Source of the DNA: Candidatus Kapaibacterium sp.
Lineage (GTDB): Bacteria; Bacteroidota; Ignavibacteria; Kapaibacteriales; UBA2268
Direction of reading: 5' to 3'
Length of the DNA: 64,000 bases
Assembly: GCA_963665665.1 (NCBI GenBank)
Contig: OY762428.1
Coordinates: 960,001 to 1,024,000, forward strand
Below are positions 59,593 through 64,000 of this stretch, piece by piece. Position 1 is the stretch's first letter; the number at the start of each line of letters is the position of its first letter. Position numbers and translations under genes: made by a program. The notes under the pieces are model-generated. The model was not told the DNA's origin. It saw only the letters and a list, made by a program, of their open reading frames with translations, and made no database searches.

Positions 59593-60846
59593 TCATATTT
59601 TCTGATGAAATAATTTATTGATTTTTTCGCCGTTAATTTCAATTTCCAGAAAGCATGTTTCAATATCTCTTAAATCGATTAAGTATTCATCTTGAACAAC
59701 CTTAATCTCAAATAATGAAGGTTTAAATTCATCTATAAATATCTTTATTTGCGCAGAATCTTCGTCTTTTAAATCAGGAAATTTAATATTTATAAATCCT
59801 TCTCTTTCATTCCTGGATACTATTGCAACCCGTTTTTGAAATATAAAAGAAACAGAATCAATTTCCGATTGATTAAATAAAATCGTATTGTTTGATAAAT
59901 AATCTTTTTCTGCAATTTTGTTTGAGGGATGAAGAAAAAAATTTGAATTATCGTAAATAAATTTATAAAATCCTACGGGAAATCCGTCCTGTTCCCATAG
60001 GAAACTATTTTCTTCTGTATTTATGATTTTGAAAGCACAAATTTCTTCGTTGATACTTTCAATCTTACTTCTGGCAGATAAATACAGGCCTGTTAAATTT
60101 TGCAAACTATCAAAGCGATCCGGATAATCTTCAATTCCTTTACTAATAAAAATCAGTGTTTGAAGAGCTTTTAAATTGAAAATTGTTTCGGGGAATTTAT
60201 CGCATTTGGCATATACTATTGCCATATCAAAGATATTATTCCTTTTTTCGAATTTCTTTAACTCCTGATCCAGATCAAAACCGGAAAAATCAACCGGAAA
60301 TCCTAACGAAAGCCTTACATAAGATAACAGGTTTTCAATCCCATCCGGAAGTTTTTTTATCCTGCAATTATCAAAAGTTACCGCAAAAATCCGCGCCGTT
60401 GTGTTGAAATCCGTAAAAGAACTAATACTGTCGCATTTGATAAAATTTATACCATACAAATTATCACATAATTTAAAGGATTCCGGAATTTTCTTTATAG
60501 GACTGTTTTTAATATTTATTCCATTAATACTTTGAGAATAAGAATTTCTGTATAAAATCCGAATTGAGCTGTCTATCTGAGATTCGCTCATTGAATCAAA
60601 GGTTATTATTATATCTGGGACACCAAAAGTAATAATCCCAATATCTGTATCTTCAAGGCTGTTTGTGAAACTACGATACCTTTCATTGAATTTATCAATG
60701 GTATCCAACTCGGAAACTGATTTGACAGTATAGCTTTTATAATATAGAGAGTCCAGAGAGCCGTAAAATTCAACTAACGACCCAGCTGCAAACATTCTAT
60801 TAGCCTGAAATAAAATAAATAAGATAATAATGATAGTTTTTTTCAT
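59593..60846 (-). CDS. Exported leucine-rich-repeat-like protein, paralog 2
   Basis: Signal peptide MKKTIIIILFILFQA; shares a near-identical central block of about 100 aa with paralog 1. Confidence 0.7.
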   Translation of the reverse strand: MKKTIIIILFILFQANRMFAAGSLVEFYGSLDSLYYKSYTVKSVSELDTIDKFNERYRSFTNSLEDTDIGIITFGVPDIIITFDSMSESQIDSSIRILYRNSYSQSINGINIKNSPIKKIPESFKLCDNLYGINFIKCDSISSFTDFNTTARIFAVTFDNCRIKKLPDGIENLLSYVRLSLGFPVDFSGFDLDQELKKFEKRNNIFDMAIVYAKCDKFPETIFNLKALQTLIFISKGIEDYPDRFDSLQNLTGLYLSARSKIESINEEICAFKIINTEENSFLWEQDGFPVGFYKFIYDNSNFFLHPSNKIAEKDYLSNNTILFNQSEIDSVSFIFQKRVAIVSRNEREGFINIKFPDLKDEDSAQIKIFIDEFKPSLFEIKVVQDEYLIDLRDIETCFLEIEINGEKINKLFHQKI

Positions 60847-60883
60847 TGTCTGACTCAGTAAATGAAAGAACCCCTGTTTATTT

Positions 60884-60913
60884 GTTGACACGCTATGTAA
60901 TCAAAAGGTGACA
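60884..60913 (-). promoter_or_regulatory. Possible variant ECF promoter TGTCAC-N16-GTGTCAAC
   Basis: Similar layout, including the T-tract after -35; 37 bp upstream of ATG 60846; spacer one base longer than the three main copies. Confidence 0.4.
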
Positions 60914-60999
60914 GCAGTAAAGAAAATTTTTATGCGCTCAAAATTCATTAGAGATGCCTTTTTTGTTAAGCTTATGTAATTATTATAGATATTAAAAGT

Positions 61000-61040
61000 C
61001 CACCCCGTCTCGCTGCGCTCGCCACCCCTCAAGAGGGGAA
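61000..61040. repeat. REP-like element (family C)
   Basis: ccaccccgtctcgctgcgctcgccacccctcaagaggggaa; inverted copy at 35928-35990. Confidence 0.75.
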
Positions 61041-61154
61041 CCTATATATTTACAACAACTTGCGTGTAAGATATATGTCCTGCTGAGCAATCATGGTAAA
61101 AAATGAATATCCCGGATGAAATTTTATAATAGAGATTTGACTCCACCCCCAAAT

Positions 61155-61188
61155 AAAAAAAGCGGGGTTAGCCGCAACCAATCCCGCT
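61155..61188 (-). terminator. Intrinsic terminator after bfr
   Basis: agcggg...cccgct stem followed by a T tract on the minus strand. Confidence 0.7.
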
Positions 61189-61217
61189 GAATGGATACTG
61201 TTTTTCAATCTGAAATA

Positions 61218-61715
61218 TTATGCCTGCGCCGGGCCTGCCGAATTTGTCTTGCTGCGTTCAATCGATTGCAGGGCAAGATAGTTATCGCCGAAGCGGGACA
61301 GGTTGTCAAGTTCAGTGTCGTACTGGTCGAAGTGGCGTTCCTCGTCGTCCACCAGCGCTTCGAATATTTTCTTTGAAGCCGAATCGGCGTTTTTCGAACA
61401 TTCGTTTGCCCATTCGTTATAATCTTTCACGCTGCTTTCTTCCATTTCAGAGGCAAGTTCAAGCATCTGTTTCACATCGTGAATTTTCTTAACTTCAGCC
61501 GAAGCTTTCAGTTCTACTTCGCCCTTCAGGAAAAGTATTCTTTCGGACAGGGTTTCAATATGCAACATTTCTTCGATGGCTGTACGCTTGAAAAGGTTAG
61601 CGATAAGGTCGTAACCCAGGTCGTCGCATCTGAAGTGGAAATACATGTACTGGTGTACAGCAGATAATTCATCTGCAACCGCTTTGTTCAGCAGTTCGAT
61701 ACTTTTTGTTTTCAT
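61218..61715 (-). CDS. bfr: Bacterioferritin
   Basis: LLNKAVADELSAVHQYMYFH; EEMLH (ferroxidase residues plus haem Met); ERILFL; DEERH. Confidence 0.9.
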   Translation of the reverse strand: MKTKSIELLNKAVADELSAVHQYMYFHFRCDDLGYDLIANLFKRTAIEEMLHIETLSERILFLKGEVELKASAEVKKIHDVKQMLELASEMEESSVKDYNEWANECSKNADSASKKIFEALVDDEERHFDQYDTELDNLSRFGDNYLALQSIERSKTNSAGPAQA

Positions 61716-61792
61716 CTTCGCCTCAATAGTAATTATCTAACACTATACAAATTCAAATTCAATTCGAGATTTAAATAAAAACCCGGAATTTA

Positions 61793-63208
61793 TCAAACCC
61801 TTGATATTTTTACCATATTCTCGGGTGTGAGTTTCTCGGATGCAAGGCCGGCAACAAAGACAAGATAGTTGCCGTCATTGATGAAGTCCAGATCCTTAAC
61901 GAATGCTCCGAGGCTGACAAAAACATCTTCCGGAGATTCTTTCTCGGGAACTGAAATTGGCATTACACCCCAGCAAAGCGAAAGTTCGCGGAGTACTTCA
62001 ATCATATCGGTTAGCGCAAGGATTGGCTTACCCGGACGATACTTTGAAATATTTTTGGCAGTGTAACCTGAATGAGTAAGTGCTACTATTGCTGCGGCAT
62101 CAATCTGCTCGGCAATTATGCATGAAGCCTTGCCAAGTGCATCGTCAATATTCGGGATTTCATGTCCCTGGGAGGCTCGCTTCTCAAATACAGAGGAATA
62201 TTTACCCTCGATACTGCGGATTATTCTGTCCATGTATCCCACTGTTTCAAAGGGATACCTGCCGATACTTGTCTCGCCGCTTAGCATAACGCAATCGCTG
62301 CCGTCAAGTACTGCATTTGCAACATCGCTGGCTTCGGCCCGGGTAGGTATCGGATTGTTAATCATAGATTCAAGCATCTGCGTTGCAGTGATAACATATT
62401 TCCCTGCTCGGTTGCACTTGCGTATAATTTCTTTCTGCAGAACAGGTACTTCCTCGGCGGGCATTTCCAGCCCCAGGTCGCCCCTGGCAACCATAATACC
62501 GTCTGCTTCATCAACAATATCATCGAGGTCTGTATAGCCTTCGAAGCGTTCAATTTTTGCAATAACGGGAATAGACCTGCCGAAAATTTTCATAGTTGTT
62601 TTCAGTTCGATAATATCGCGCTCGGAGCGAACAAAGGACAGAGCCACAATATCAACTCCGTTTGCAAGCCCGAATTTAAGGTCCTCGATATCTTTCTCGC
62701 TGATTGCGGGAGCAGAAATAGTTATTCCCGGTGCAATAATACCCTTGTTGTTTTTCAGCATTCCGCCTTTAACAACTGTAGTATGAATGTTTTTCCCATC
62801 AATATTTTTAACTTTCAGGATAATATAGCCGTCATCAAGAAGAAGTATTTTGCCGGGCATTACATCCCTGTATAGATCCGGGTAGGTTGTGCCAACCTTA
62901 TCGGAATTCCCAAGTTCATGATCTTCGCATGTTATAATAAAATCAGCTTCGTCTTCCAGCATTGCAGCATTATTTTCCATTCTACCAGTTCTGATCTTCG
63001 GCCCCTGGAGGTCCTGGATGATAGGCAGCGGTTTACCCGTAATTTTTTCTGCCTCGCGAAGCTGCTGAATAACTTTCAGGTGGTCTTGGTGGGTTCCGTG
63101 CGAAAAGTTAAGCCTGGCGGCATCCATTCCGCTTTCAATCAGTTTTACAAGGTTATCCGTTCCTGATGTTGCAGGCCCGATCGTACAGATTATTTTTGTT
63201 CTTCTCAA
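61793..63208 (-). CDS. pyk: Pyruvate kinase
   Basis: RTKIICTIGPA, RLNFSHG, DLQGPKIRTG, IAKIE, MVARGDLG, ATQMLESM, PTRAEASDVANAVLDG. Confidence 0.98.
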   Translation of the reverse strand: MRRTKIICTIGPATSGTDNLVKLIESGMDAARLNFSHGTHQDHLKVIQQLREAEKITGKPLPIIQDLQGPKIRTGRMENNAAMLEDEADFIITCEDHELGNSDKVGTTYPDLYRDVMPGKILLLDDGYIILKVKNIDGKNIHTTVVKGGMLKNNKGIIAPGITISAPAISEKDIEDLKFGLANGVDIVALSFVRSERDIIELKTTMKIFGRSIPVIAKIERFEGYTDLDDIVDEADGIMVARGDLGLEMPAEEVPVLQKEIIRKCNRAGKYVITATQMLESMINNPIPTRAEASDVANAVLDGSDCVMLSGETSIGRYPFETVGYMDRIIRSIEGKYSSVFEKRASQGHEIPNIDDALGKASCIIAEQIDAAAIVALTHSGYTAKNISKYRPGKPILALTDMIEVLRELSLCWGVMPISVPEKESPEDVFVSLGAFVKDLDFINDGNYLVFVAGLASEKLTPENMVKISRV

Positions 63209-63550
63209 TTTCTAATCCTGAAAAAGTAAATTGCAAATTCTTACTATTGCAATTTACCAAAAAATTATTGAATTATCTGTTTAGGAATGATCAATTCGGA
63301 ATGAATATTTCGACAGCCGGTTTAATATTGAAGAATAGAAACATTAACAGAATCAGGGCATTAAATAATTACTGAATCATTGGTTATTAATATAAAATCT
63401 ATTTTTTTGGATTTTCAATAATTTTGTATATTGGAATAGTTGTTTACGGAATCAGAAAATGCAGGAGATTTATAATTTTCCGGGTATTATTCAGATTAAT
63501 TACAAATTATACATTTTCTTTATGCTTTGTTTAAATTGGGGGATATTTAT

Positions 63551-64000
63551 ATGAAAACAATTGCTCAAATAATTGTACTATTTTTTATTGCCATTAATGT
63601 TTTCTCACAGGATGCAATTTGGGAAAGTTCGTTTGAAATAGACCGTGTAATAGCTAAAGGTAAATTTATTGAAACAACGGACAGTTGTTATGTATTTACC
63701 GGAATGCCTTCATACCGGGATGCAACAGCGCTTATCACGGTAAAAGTAGATAAATATGGCAAAAAGTTATGGGAAGTTCCTTATTATCCCGATAGGGGAA
63801 TGTGGAACAGAGCATTAGTGGAACTTGAGCCTGATGTTTATACGGCAGTTTCTTTATATTCAAACGGTTATTTTGATATGCAGGAATATTCCAAAGACGG
63901 AGAAACTTTAAGGTCTTTTTATCAGGATGCAATATTTTCAAAATTTGGATCACACATAACATTTATTAATGATAAATTTTATCAGACAACATATTTGAGA
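63551..64000 (+). CDS. Exported protein, truncated by the window end (not in the ORF track)
   Basis: Open frame MKTIAQIIVLFFIAINVFSQDAIWE... with no stop to 64000; signal peptide; propeller-like KVDKYGKKLWE. Confidence 0.75.
   Translation, partial: MKTIAQIIVLFFIAINVFSQDAIWESSFEIDRVIAKGKFIETTDSCYVFTGMPSYRDATALITVKVDKYGKKLWEVPYYPDRGMWNRALVELEPDVYTAVSLYSNGYFDMQEYSKDGETLRSFYQDAIFSKFGSHITFINDKFYQTTYLR

Noticed and set aside
58861-60439. DGR TR/VR pair in the LRR paralogs
   Set aside because: Differences are not confined to A positions; the block is internal to two intact genes; no RT
1-64000. Alternative genetic code, selenoproteins, rRNA/tRNA, prophage
   Set aside because: Recognised genes are full length under the standard code; no RNA-gene or phage hallmarks seen by eye

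Overview
64 kb of AT-rich bacterial chromosome from the FCB superphylum. The many T9SS C-terminal-domain proteins, the Bacteroidota-type RpoZ and the IgGFc/Ig-repeat secreted protein suggest Kapabacteria/Ignavibacteria or a relative; this taxonomy is inference. About 45 CDS are present: housekeeping genes (uppP, rimO, YciO/TsaC-like, rpoZ, menC/menE, comM, aat, pyk, bfr), envelope systems (alpha-2-macroglobulin/pbpC, TPR-barrel-SPOR operon, WD40+OmpA), a two-gene SUF-like minimal Fe-S system, two ECF sigma loci and two tandem paralog pairs with patchy identity. No rRNA, tRNA, CRISPR or prophage was recognised. Three things stand out. (1) A 3.4-kb gene-poor island (35.7-39.1 kb) holds two opposed 21-bp-period arrays that meet at a palindrome, a complete IS186-like element inserted into a REP hairpin with an 11-bp target duplication, and several REP-like families, all bracketed by a direct repeat. 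(2) An ECF promoter motif TGA(G/A)AC-N15-GTGTCATT occurs three times with identical spacing, linking both ECF loci and a large secreted protein. (3) The first ECF locus encodes an anti-sigma with an inner-membrane helix plus a C-terminal outer-membrane beta-barrel. All product calls come from motif recognition by eye; no database searches were run.
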